This document shows positions 9,537-18,464 of a stretch of DNA of 64,000 nt, piece by piece. The stretch's first letter is position 1. Every line of letters starts with the position of its first letter. The translations under genes and the position numbers were made by a program. Source of the stretch: a candidate division WOR-3 bacterium (GTDB taxonomy: Bacteria > Hydrothermota > Hydrothermia > LBFQ01); the NCBI GenBank assembly GCA_027050205.1, contig JALUCS010000093.1, forward strand, positions 35,533-99,532. Reading direction: 5' to 3'. The notes beneath the pieces are model-generated. The model had not been told where the DNA came from. It did no database searches and saw only the letters and a list, made by a program, of their open reading frames with translations.

Positions 9537-9734
9537 ATACCCAAACATCCATTCATCTTTAATTCACCAAAAGTGCGAGTCTTTACCGATACTACTCAAA
9601 ATTTGACATCAGGCGTAATACCAACGGGGAGAGCCTATCCAATTGAGGGCATTCTGTGGATGGGGTGATATCCATCCTAAGGGAGTCGGCGGTATGAAAT
9701 TCTCCATATCACAGGAGGGAGGTTTTCCCTGGTC

Positions 9735-9826
9735 CCTTTCAAAATCCGTTAATGGGAGTATAGGAATCTTGAGGTCCGACTATCATCAAGTTTCCTAAAG
9801 TCTGACTTTCAGTTTTTGAAGGTGCG
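9735..9826 (-). repeat. ~84-bp intergenic element, full copy
   Basis: Revcomp CGCACCTTCAAAAACTGAAAGTCAGAC...CCTCAAGATTCCTATACTCCCATTAACGGATTTTGAAAGG. Confidence 0.85.
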
Positions 9827-10124
9827 GTTGGGGTGATGTCGGGTGGAAGGTAGGCTATCCCTCACCTTCCCGTCCAAAGGTGGGCCGTCCGTTCAAAATT
9901 GGCCATAAGGAGTACAAGGACGTTATCAGTGAAATACCGGACGGAGCATCACCCTATCGGTGCAATGCCAAATTGAGTTCAAAATTGAGATTTTGCAGAG
10001 CAACCAGTAGGCGGAAGGATCCTTCCCACCCCAAACCCTTCAAGGGTAGTGCAACGTCAGGTATCGGACCGAGAACTTGAGGTGAGACTTACCGACGCCC
10101 TCGCCCATCAAGGCCAATGGAACC

Positions 10125-10859
10125 CTATCCCAGGTCCCTCCTCATCTCCGACCATCCGGCCGTAGCCCTATCCCGTGGGAGGTACAGGACCTTCGTCGGC
10201 CTTATATCTACCCCGTAGTCCCGCAGTATCCTGTCCCTTACCTCCTTTATCCTCCAGAAGAAGAGTAGCCTCCCGCCATGGGGGGCCGTGGTCCATCTGC
10301 CGAGCCGGAGGGGTACCTCCCATTCCTTCACCTCGTTTAGGAGGTTCCCGTAGAACTCACCGAGGACGGGGTTGTCCCTAAGGAAACCCTGCTCCATCCT
10401 TATCAGGGCCTCCGTGAAGGACCTACCCGCATACTTAAGCCTCTCCCAAGCCTCTGCTTCCACCTCAACTGGTACTTCCAACGTGCCGTAGAAGGCCTCG
10501 GTACGGAAGTCCCGAACATCGTACCCTTTCTTCAGGTCTAAGACCTCCACCACCACCTTGGAAAGCCCCTCTTCGGGTAGGGGGATACGCTCCGGGACAC
10601 GTAAGCCCTTCAGTATCGGATACCTCTCAAACACCATTCCGTATACCCGTTCCGCGAGGGCTTCCATCTCCAACTTCCCGCCGGTCAGGTACCTTCTAAC
10701 CGCCGCCTCAAGGCTACCGTCCTTCTTAACGAAGTAGAAGACGACGGCGTCCTTTACAGCCTCCGTCAGGTAATCGCCGGGTACGTAGGGCCTACCGTCC
10801 TCGTCCCGTGGGAACGCTCGCCCCTTTGATAGGATCCTCGTCCAAGTCAGCAGGAACAC
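10125..10859 (-). CDS. Hypothetical protein resembling a stand-alone Csm5-like RAMP
   Basis: GRPYVPGDYLTEAVKDA resembles RAMP PYIPGSSLKGAIRTA; C-terminal PLRLG...P...GW as in Csm5; G-rich loop eroded. Confidence 0.55.
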   Translation of the reverse strand: MFLLTWTRILSKGRAFPRDEDGRPYVPGDYLTEAVKDAVVFYFVKKDGSLEAAVRRYLTGGKLEMEALAERVYGMVFERYPILKGLRVPERIPLPEEGLSKVVVEVLDLKKGYDVRDFRTEAFYGTLEVPVEVEAEAWERLKYAGRSFTEALIRMEQGFLRDNPVLGEFYGNLLNEVKEWEVPLRLGRWTTAPHGGRLLFFWRIKEVRDRILRDYGVDIRPTKVLYLPRDRATAGWSEMRRDLG

Positions 10860-10936
10860 GAACGTATTGTAAGGCCGAAATTATGTGAGATTTTACTGCG
10901 AATGTTTGGGCGTAGGGTGGGTAGTCCTGTGATGGG

Positions 10937-10995
10937 AAGTTTATAAGAAAGTTTAAGAAAATTTGCATAAATTTTGTCATAAAATTTAAGAATTC
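10937..10995. other. AT-rich tandem 10-12-mers upstream of dnaA-like gene (candidate DUE/oriC)
   Basis: AAGTTTATAAG AAAGTTTAAG AAAATTTGCAT AAATTTTGTCAT AAAATTTAAG; no canonical TTATCCACA seen. Confidence 0.35.
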
Positions 10996-11187
10996 TTTCC
11001 GTACTCGTAGGGAAGTTTGGCCCTTAGCACGGAGACCGTAGGCGGTGGTCAATTTCCCTCTCTTCCGTACGCCTCCGTTTCACCCCTCAAGTGGTTCAAT
11101 TTTCGCATAAGCTGTATGGAGTTAGGCTCCTCCGTAGGTTTCCGCTCCCTCATCCCTGCGTTCCATCCGCAGGATAATATCCAACCC

Positions 11188-12348
11188 TTGGATAGGACCC
11201 TAGTCGGCCTCCTGAAACTGCACAAGTTGGGTTCGCTCCTCGCTTTCGTGGACGGGGTGGAGGAGAGGGGAAACAGCATAGTCCTGAAGTGTAGGAACGA
11301 GATCCTAGCCCGCCTCCTGCAGGAGAGGTTTGCCAACCATATACGGGACGTAGAAGCGAGGCTCGGTATAAAGGTGGTGCTAACCTACCCACAGGGGGGG
11401 AAGAAGGTCTTCCGGGAGACCTTTGACAACTTCTTCTACGGTAAGGAAAACGAGTTCACGGTGGCGGCCCTGCGGAGCGTCGCCCTCGGCGGAGGTTTGG
11501 CTTCCTCCGTCTTCTTAACCGCCGAGGCTGGCATGGGCAAGACCCACCTCCTCAAGGCTACGGCTAACCTCGCCCAGTTCGCCGGTAGGAAGGCCGTATA
11601 TCTCACCGCCGGCAAGATCATGGAGCGACTGGTGGGGGCTTACAGGAGCGGTGGGAGGCCGGACTTCTCCAACCTCAAGGATGCCGAGGTCGTCCTGATA
11701 GACGACGTCCATACCCTCAAGGGCAAGGTCTTCGCCTTGGAGTTCCTATCCCGCCTTATGGATAGGGCCAACTCAACGGGGAGGACGGTGGTCATGGCCT
11801 CGGAGATCGGGCCGAAAGGCTTCCGCAAGCCCAAATCCTTCCGCAACAGGCTTATGTCCAACCTCGTCCTCAAGATCCACCCGTACCCTGCTGCCGTACG
11901 GAGGAGGATCCTCCACGCCCGGTTGTCTCTCCACGGGGTGTCCCTACCTCCGGATTACGAGGGCTACGTCCTTGAGAGGGTCCATAACCCCCGCGCCCTC
12001 CTAGGGGTCGCCGTCAGGGTTAGGGCGCATACCGATATTTACGGGACGCTTCCGGACTTTACCACCTTCCGCAACCTCATATCCGACCTCACCGACGACG
12101 ATGGAGAGGACGTCTTTTCCCTCTTCGGTGTCAGGGATACCCGGAGGAAGGGGGCCAACTTCTACCTCGCCGTATATGCTATGAGACTCCTCGGTTTCAA
12201 GGCGACGGAGATAGCAGAGAGGGTCGGATGCTCAAGGGCGAGCGTGTATAACTACATAAAGCGGGCGAAGGCGATCCTCAAGAACGACCCCGATAAGGCG
12301 GAGGAGTTCAACGGTAAGCTGAAGGTGCTTCGGAGGGACCTCCTGTAG
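11188..12348 (+). CDS. dnaA: Divergent DnaA-family AAA+ initiator-like protein (start uncertain: 11017, 11116 or 11188)
   Basis: Domain-I-like N-terminus, ETFDNFFYGKENEF, Walker A GMGKTHLL, Walker B LIDDVH, C-terminal HTH; TTG 11188 lies 7 nt after TAATAT. Confidence 0.7.
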   Translation: MDRTLVGLLKLHKLGSLLAFVDGVEERGNSIVLKCRNEILARLLQERFANHIRDVEARLGIKVVLTYPQGGKKVFRETFDNFFYGKENEFTVAALRSVALGGGLASSVFLTAEAGMGKTHLLKATANLAQFAGRKAVYLTAGKIMERLVGAYRSGGRPDFSNLKDAEVVLIDDVHTLKGKVFALEFLSRLMDRANSTGRTVVMASEIGPKGFRKPKSFRNRLMSNLVLKIHPYPAAVRRRILHARLSLHGVSLPPDYEGYVLERVHNPRALLGVAVRVRAHTDIYGTLPDFTTFRNLISDLTDDDGEDVFSLFGVRDTRRKGANFYLAVYAMRLLGFKATEIAERVGCSRASVYNYIKRAKAILKNDPDKAEEFNGKLKVLRRDLL

Positions 12349-12357
12349 AATGCCCAC

Positions 12358-13140
12358 TTGAAGAGGCTGACGGCCGAGGATTTGAAGTCCTACGATGCCA
12401 TCGTGTGCGATCTGGACGGTGTCATATACAGGGGTAGGCGGGTGATAGAGGGGAACGTCTCAGTCCTCCTCCGGCTCCAGAGAGAGGGGAAGGTAGTCCG
12501 GTTCCTAACCAACAACTCCACCCGCACGCCGGAACATTACGTAGAGAGGTTGAGGAGCCTCGGTTTTGCCGTAGGGGAGGGGGACGTCATCACGAGCGGT
12601 CTGGCTACGGGTATGTACCTCAAGGAGGAGGGGATCTCCAGCGCCTACGTCGTCGGTTCCCCCGCCCTTAGGGAGGTTTTGAGGCGGTACGGTGTGAGGT
12701 TTTCCCCCAAGGGGGCGGAGGTAGTGGTCGTGGGTATGGATCCGCGTTTCAACTACCGAAAGCTTCGCCGGGCAGCATCCCTCGTGTACTCCGGTGTGAG
12801 GTTCGTCGCCACCAACCCCGATACCTCCCTCCCCGTTGAGAACGGTGTCCTCCCCGGTGCCGGGTCCATGGTGGCGGCTATATCGGCCGCGGCGGGCAGG
12901 AATCCCGACGTCATCGTTGGAAAGCCCAACCCGACCATATTCCGTATGGCTACGAGGGACCTAAAGGAAAAGAGGGTTCTCTTCGTAGGGGACAGGTTGA
13001 ACACGGACATACTCGGCGGGAACCGGGCCGGCTTGGATACCCTCCTCGTCCTCACCGGGGTCCACGGCTTAGAGGACGTAGAGCGTCTGGGCATAATCCC
13101 CACCTACTACGCCCCCTCCCTCTCCTCCGTACTCAACTGA
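12358..13140 (+). CDS. HAD-IIA hydrolase (NagD-like)
   Basis: DLDGVIY, LTNNS, ATNPD, GKP, VGDRLNTDI. Confidence 0.93.
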   Translation: MKRLTAEDLKSYDAIVCDLDGVIYRGRRVIEGNVSVLLRLQREGKVVRFLTNNSTRTPEHYVERLRSLGFAVGEGDVITSGLATGMYLKEEGISSAYVVGSPALREVLRRYGVRFSPKGAEVVVVGMDPRFNYRKLRRAASLVYSGVRFVATNPDTSLPVENGVLPGAGSMVAAISAAAGRNPDVIVGKPNPTIFRMATRDLKEKRVLFVGDRLNTDILGGNRAGLDTLLVLTGVHGLEDVERLGIIPTYYAPSLSSVLN

Positions 13141-13141
13141 C

Positions 13142-14083
13142 TCACCTTATCCCACGCTTCTTCAGTTTCCCCCTCAGCTCCTTTACCTCCCTCTGCCTGT
13201 ACCGGTCCTTCTCGGCGTTTAGGTACCAGAGGGCCTTATACCACGTACGGCGGGCCTCCTTCTCCTTTCCGGCTCCATACAGGCTCTCCCCCATGTAGTA
13301 CAGGGTTTCGGCAACGCACACCTTACAGCCGGGGTTCCTCCGCTTTATGTCCCGCCTTATCTCGTCGTAGGTCCTGTAGGCCTCGTTATACATACCGGCC
13401 TTGAGGTAGGCCTCGGCGAGGATCCACCGAAAGGTGCGGCTCTGCGGGTACATGGAGAGGGCCTTAAGGCCGTACTTTATGGCCTTACCCGGCTTGTTGT
13501 CAAAGATATACACGTAGACGAGGCCGGCGTAGGCGAGGGGTCTGGCCAGCACCCCCCGCTTCAGGACGACCTTTATCTTCCCTATCCCCTTACGCTTACG
13601 GGAGGAGGAGCGGGTCAGGTACCCGATGGCGTAGTCGTAAAGGCCTATAGGGAGAAGGGCGTCGTAGACGGTGGTGTCCTCACGGTAGGCCTCCCTGTAG
13701 AGGTTGAAGGCCTTGTTTCCGAGGGCGAGAGCCTTCGGGATGTCCCTCCTCCGGCCGTAGAAGACGGCCCCCATAGCCATGGTCGTGGCCAGGAGCATCT
13801 TCTCGCGGGTACTCTTGCGGGGTTTCCTCCCGTAGGCCGATATGAGGGAGTCCATCAGGGAGACGAACTCCCCGTAGCGGTAGTCGGTGTCGTTGTCGGC
13901 CATGTAGAGCTGGAGGTAGGCCAGTTTCAGGACGGACCACAGGAAGGGGTCCATCTTTCCCTTTAACGCCTTCAGGGACCTCTCAAAATCGGCGAACCTC
14001 TCCGTGTATAGGAGATGGGAGAGGGAGTCTATCGCCTTAACCTCGGCTCCCGTCAGGACGTAGGCCACCAGGAACATGCTCAC
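13142..14083 (-). CDS. Tetratricopeptide repeat protein, probably exported
   Basis: TPR-like helices (LAEAYLKAGMYNEA, YYMGESLYGAG); short hydrophobic N-terminus. Confidence 0.7.
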   Translation of the reverse strand: MSMFLVAYVLTGAEVKAIDSLSHLLYTERFADFERSLKALKGKMDPFLWSVLKLAYLQLYMADNDTDYRYGEFVSLMDSLISAYGRKPRKSTREKMLLATTMAMGAVFYGRRRDIPKALALGNKAFNLYREAYREDTTVYDALLPIGLYDYAIGYLTRSSSRKRKGIGKIKVVLKRGVLARPLAYAGLVYVYIFDNKPGKAIKYGLKALSMYPQSRTFRWILAEAYLKAGMYNEAYRTYDEIRRDIKRRNPGCKVCVAETLYYMGESLYGAGKEKEARRTWYKALWYLNAEKDRYRQREVKELRGKLKKRGIR

Positions 14084-15027
14084 CTTCCGGTAAGGGAGGG
14101 GTAGTCCAGGTTGAAGCGGAGGCGGTAATACACCTTGAGGGCGATTAAGACGATAACGGCGGGGATGAGGAAGGGCGGGTACTTCACTATCAGGGCGAGG
14201 ACGAAGGCGACCCCCGAAACCCTGTAGGCCAGCTTTATGCTGAACTCGTCCCCCCTTACGGCCCCGTAGGAGTAGAAGGGTAGGGAGATCGCTCCCACGA
14301 CCAGCATGAAGGGGTTGTACCGGGGCCAGAGGGAGAAGAGGACGGTCAGGAGGACGAAGAGGGCGCCGAGGACAGCCGTCGGACGCTCTCCGAGGAGGAC
14401 ACCGGTGGTTATCAGGCCGGCCCTCCGGTCTCCGGGGATATCCGGTACGGTGGTGTTGAGGTAGAGGGCGGAGACGGCGAAGAAGTAGGGGAGGGTGGCC
14501 CTTATGCCTTCGTAGATCCCCCCGCCCCCGGAGACGTAGCCAGCGGCAACGTTGAGGACGGCGTAGCCGACGGCGTTGGAGAGCATGTCAAGGAAGGGCC
14601 TCCCCTTGAACCGGAAGGGGGGGAGGGAGTAGAGGGTACCGACCACCGTCCCTAAGACGAGGAGGAGGAGGAAGTCCCTTCCGACGAGGGCGCCGAAGAG
14701 GAAGGAGAGGAGGAGGAGGAGGAGAGAGAAGGTGTAGGCCTCGCCGACGGATATGTGGCCGTCGGCTATCAGGAAGAGCTTGCGGTTGAGCCTGTCGCTC
14801 TCCCTGTCGTATATCTGGTTGAGGACGTAGATGTACGCGCTTATGAAGGTGGTGGCCAGGAAGCCGTACCAGAAGGTGGGCCAGGGCGGTACCTCAAGGA
14901 CGGGACGGAGGTCCCCCATGTAGCCGCGGGCGTGGAGGTATCCGAGGACGAAGAACCCCCAGCCGGGCAGAATGAGGGTGGGCCTCGTCAGGAAGACGAA
15001 GTCTATGGCCTTCCGTAGCACGGACAC
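14080..15027 (-). CDS. UbiA family prenyltransferase
   Basis: NQIYDRESDRLN, YSLPPFRFK, DIPGDRRAG motifs; multiple TM segments. Confidence 0.9.
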   Translation of the reverse strand: MSVLRKAIDFVFLTRPTLILPGWGFFVLGYLHARGYMGDLRPVLEVPPWPTFWYGFLATTFISAYIYVLNQIYDRESDRLNRKLFLIADGHISVGEAYTFSLLLLLLSFLFGALVGRDFLLLLVLGTVVGTLYSLPPFRFKGRPFLDMLSNAVGYAVLNVAAGYVSGGGGIYEGIRATLPYFFAVSALYLNTTVPDIPGDRRAGLITTGVLLGERPTAVLGALFVLLTVLFSLWPRYNPFMLVVGAISLPFYSYGAVRGDEFSIKLAYRVSGVAFVLALIVKYPPFLIPAVIVLIALKVYYRLRFNLDYPSLTGR

Positions 15028-15045
15028 CCGATTCTAAGGCGGACT

Positions 15046-17304
15046 CTACCTCCCCTCCAATATCTCCGAGATGAGGTAGTACGCTAGGCTCAAGATGGAC
15101 TCCTCGTCGTCCCCCTTCTGTATGACGTGGGCGGGTTTGCTCAAGCCCATCAGGATGGGGCCGACCATCTTTATACGGCAGGAGGCGCTTAGGACCTTGT
15201 AGGAGATGTTGGCGGAGTTGAGGTCGGGGAAGATCAGGATGTTGGCCCTCGTGTTGTGCTGGGCGAAGACGGAGAAGGGGTAAAGCTCCTTCAGGACCTT
15301 TGCGTTGAGGAGGACGTCCGCGTGGCCCTCACCCTCGGCGAGTATGTCCGGGGCCGTCCGACGCAGTATCTTCAGGGCCTCCCTCATCTTCCCAACGGAG
15401 GGGTGGTCCGAGGTGCCGAAGTTAGAGAAGGACACGAAGGCCACCCGCGGCTCCTGTCCGAACTTCCTCGCCACCTCCGAGGCCATCACGGCTATGTGGG
15501 CCAGATCCTCGGCCGTGGGGTCGGGGTTGACGGTGGTGTCCGCGAAGAAGAGGGGGCCAAGGTGCTTGCTTAGGGCGACGTACAGGCCGGCCACCTTCTT
15601 CACGCCCTCCCTCGGCTTTATTATCTCAAGGACGGGCCTTAGGGACTCGTTGTAGTTATGCACGACGCCGTAGAGCATACCGTCCACGTAGCCCTCGTGG
15701 AGGAGCATCGTACCGAGGTAGCCCCTGCTCCGGAGTTTGACACAGGCGTCTGCCTTGGCCAGCCCCTTCCTCCACCTCATCTGCCAGAGCTTCTCGGCGT
15801 AGGGCTTCACGTCAAACTTCCAGAGGTCCACTATCTCGTACCGGAACTTGAGCTGGAGGGCGTTTATCCGCCTCTCTATCACGTCCCTATCACCGATGAG
15901 GACGGGGAAGGCCATACCCTCCCGACTTAGGGTGTTGGCCACGCGGAGGATGGTCTCGTTGTCCCCCTCCGGGAAGACTATGCGCGGGGCCTCCTTCGGC
16001 TTTACGTGGATGAGGGAGCGGGTGAAGCTAACGGCCTTCTCCGTCACGCCCCGGAGCCTCTCCCTGTACTCCTCTATGTCCAACGTTAGCCGGGCCACTC
16101 CGTCCTCCATAGCCGCCTTGGCAACGGCCGGGGCCACCCAGTATATGAGCCGGGGGTCAAGGGGCTTGGGCAGGATGTAGTCCTTGCCGAAACTAAGGGT
16201 GGTGAGGTTGTAGGCCTTCAGGACACTCTCCGGCACGTCCTCTCTTGCAAGTTTGGCCAGGGCCTCCGCCGCCGCCACCTTCATGTTGTCCGTTATCCTT
16301 CTGGCCCTGACGTCCAACGCCCCCCTGAAGATGTAGGGGAAGCCGAGGACGTTGTTTAACTGGTTGGGGTAGTCGGACCTCCCCGTGGCAACTATGGCGT
16401 CCGGACGAGCCTGGACGGCGACCTCGTAGGGTATCTCCGGGACGGGGTTTGCGAGGGCGAAGATTATGGGCCTCTCCGCCATCCCCTTGATGTCCTCCGC
16501 ACTTACGAGGTTGGGGCCGGAGACACCGATGAATACGTCCGCACCCTTGAGGGCATCCCTCACCGTCCTCTCCTCCGTCTCCACGGCGAAGGCCTCCTTG
16601 TAGGGGTTCATCCCCTCCTTCCGGCCCCTGTATATCACGCCCCTTGAGTCTATCAGCCGCAGGTTCTCCCTTTTCGCCCCGTAATGCACCAACATACGGG
16701 CTATGGCTATGCCGGCCGCCCCGGCTCCGAGTATCACTATCTTGACGTCCTCTATCCGCTTCCCTTGGAGTTCAAGGGCGTTTATGAGGCCGGCCAGGAC
16801 GATTATGGCCGTACCGTGCTGGTCGTCGTGGAAGACCGGTATGTCTAAGGCCTCTATGAGCTTCTCCTCTATGTAAAAGCACTTGGGCGCCCTTATGTCC
16901 TCAAGGTTTATCCCACCGAAGGTGGGGGAGATGGCCTTGACCACCTCTATGAAGTGGTCGGGGTCCTCGGAGCTGACCTCTATGTCTATGGAGTCCACGT
17001 CGGCGAGTCGCTTGAAGAGGAGGGACTTCCCCTCCATTACGGGTTTGGCGGCGAGGGGACCTATGTTTCCGAGGCCGAGGACGGCGGAACCGTCGGATAT
17101 GACGGCCACAAGGTTGGCCTTGAGGGTGAAGCGATAGACGTCCTCCGGGTTGGAGTGTATGGCCTTTGAGACCTCGGCCACACCGGGGGTGTATGCTATG
17201 GAGAGGTCCCTCTGGGTCTCGGCGGGCTTGGAGGGTACGATGGAGAGCTTACCGGGTTTTCCCTCTTCGTGGTACCTAAATACCTCCTCTTTGGAGATCT
17301 TCAT
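15046..17304 (-). CDS. maeB: NADP-dependent malic enzyme with PTA-like domain
   Basis: AYTPGVA, KPVMEGK, FHDDQHGT, GAGAAG, ATGRSDYPNQ; C-terminal IVFPEG and LIFPDLNSANI. Confidence 0.95.
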   Translation of the reverse strand: MKISKEEVFRYHEEGKPGKLSIVPSKPAETQRDLSIAYTPGVAEVSKAIHSNPEDVYRFTLKANLVAVISDGSAVLGLGNIGPLAAKPVMEGKSLLFKRLADVDSIDIEVSSEDPDHFIEVVKAISPTFGGINLEDIRAPKCFYIEEKLIEALDIPVFHDDQHGTAIIVLAGLINALELQGKRIEDVKIVILGAGAAGIAIARMLVHYGAKRENLRLIDSRGVIYRGRKEGMNPYKEAFAVETEERTVRDALKGADVFIGVSGPNLVSAEDIKGMAERPIIFALANPVPEIPYEVAVQARPDAIVATGRSDYPNQLNNVLGFPYIFRGALDVRARRITDNMKVAAAEALAKLAREDVPESVLKAYNLTTLSFGKDYILPKPLDPRLIYWVAPAVAKAAMEDGVARLTLDIEEYRERLRGVTEKAVSFTRSLIHVKPKEAPRIVFPEGDNETILRVANTLSREGMAFPVLIGDRDVIERRINALQLKFRYEIVDLWKFDVKPYAEKLWQMRWRKGLAKADACVKLRSRGYLGTMLLHEGYVDGMLYGVVHNYNESLRPVLEIIKPREGVKKVAGLYVALSKHLGPLFFADTTVNPDPTAEDLAHIAVMASEVARKFGQEPRVAFVSFSNFGTSDHPSVGKMREALKILRRTAPDILAEGEGHADVLLNAKVLKELYPFSVFAQHNTRANILIFPDLNSANISYKVLSASCRIKMVGPILMGLSKPAHVIQKGDDEESILSLAYYLISEILEGR

Positions 17305-17334
17305 GGTACTGCGATTCTACGGGGGCCGCTTTTC

Positions 17335-17366
17335 CGGTTGCATCCACCCCTCTGCAACCGTATAAT
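17335..17366. promoter_or_regulatory. 8-bp inverted repeat abutting a TATAAT box between divergent promoters
   Basis: CGGTTGCA-N10-TGCAACCG followed immediately by TATAAT; maeB TAGAAT on the - strand at 17314-17319. Confidence 0.5.
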
Positions 17367-17396
17367 ATCTGATAGCCTGAAGCGGGTGGGGGTGGG

Positions 17397-17539
17397 TATT
17401 TATCGCAAAGGTGGAGTTCAACGTTTATTGCAAACATCACCTAAGTGTTTTAACGTTCTTTTATGCCGGGGTGAGTTATGATTTTGAAAATTGCTAAACA
17501 AAAGAAATGACAGGGGGTGGAGAATTTTTGCGATAAATA
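17397..17539. repeat. AT-rich segment bounded by a 13-bp perfect inverted repeat
   Basis: TATTTATCGCAAA (17397-17409) and TTTGCGATAAATA (17527-17539). Confidence 0.7.
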
Positions 17540-17606
17540 TCTTGGAAATTATGTCCGATGTATCGTAGGCCCCGGACCTAACGTGCCTGCCCTATAATTC
17601 CCCGTT

Positions 17607-18464
17607 ATGCCCACCCTCATCCGCGAGAACGTACCCCTGGCCCCTTACACCACCTTTCGTCTCGGTGGTCCCGCCCGGTACTTCATCAACGCCCGTACGG
17701 TTGAGGACGTAGTGGAGGGTGTGAAGTTCGCCCTGGACAGGAACCTCCGGATTCTGCCCCTCGGCGCTGGTTCGGACGTCCTGATCTCCGACTCCGGATT
17801 TGACGGCCTCGTGATCAGGTTGGCCAACCTCCGTGGGGTGAAGGTCAGGGGCGATAGGGCCTACCTGATGGCCGGTGAGCCTCTCCCCCGCATAGCGAGA
17901 GAGATGGCCGAGAGGGGGTTGAGTGGCTTTGAGTACGTGGTCGGTGTTCCGGGTACGGTGGGTGGGGGAGTGGCGAAGAACGCCGGCGCCCACGGTAGGG
18001 AGATAAGGGACATCCTGGTGGAGGCCTACGTCGTAGACGGCGAAGGAAACGTACGCACGTACAGAAGGGACGAGCTGGGGCTGGCCTATCGTTCCTCTCT
18101 ACTTCCGGAACTTGGGATCCTCGTGGAGGCCCTGTTCAAGTTGGAGGAGGACGACCCCGCCGCCATCAGGGACCGGATAGAGGAGTTCCTAACCTACCGG
18201 GAGAGGAGCCAACCCTGGACGGAGAGGACGGCCGGTTGTATGTTTAAAAACCCCCCCGGTGAGTACGCCGGGAGGCTCATAGATCTAGCCGGTCTCAAGG
18301 GGTTCAGGGTGGGAGGTGTGAAGGTGTCGGAGAAGCACGCCAACTTCTTCGTGAACGAGGGTGGGACGGCAGACGATGCGATAAGACTCATAGAGTACGT
18401 GCGCGACCGCGTAAGGAGGGCTTTTGGTATAGAACTGGAGGTAGAAATTGAGATCGTCAGATAG
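17607..18464 (+). CDS. murB: UDP-N-acetylenolpyruvoylglucosamine reductase
   Basis: YTTFRLGGPA, GVPGTVGG..KNAGA, AGCMFKNP, SEKHANFFVN. Confidence 0.96.
   Translation: MPTLIRENVPLAPYTTFRLGGPARYFINARTVEDVVEGVKFALDRNLRILPLGAGSDVLISDSGFDGLVIRLANLRGVKVRGDRAYLMAGEPLPRIAREMAERGLSGFEYVVGVPGTVGGGVAKNAGAHGREIRDILVEAYVVDGEGNVRTYRRDELGLAYRSSLLPELGILVEALFKLEEDDPAAIRDRIEEFLTYRERSQPWTERTAGCMFKNPPGEYAGRLIDLAGLKGFRVGGVKVSEKHANFFVNEGGTADDAIRLIEYVRDRVRRAFGIELEVEIEIVR

Noticed and set aside
9040..10120. CRISPR array next to the RAMP-like gene
   Set aside because: Repeats are long, only about 70-80% alike and irregularly spaced, with no repeat-spacer periodicity
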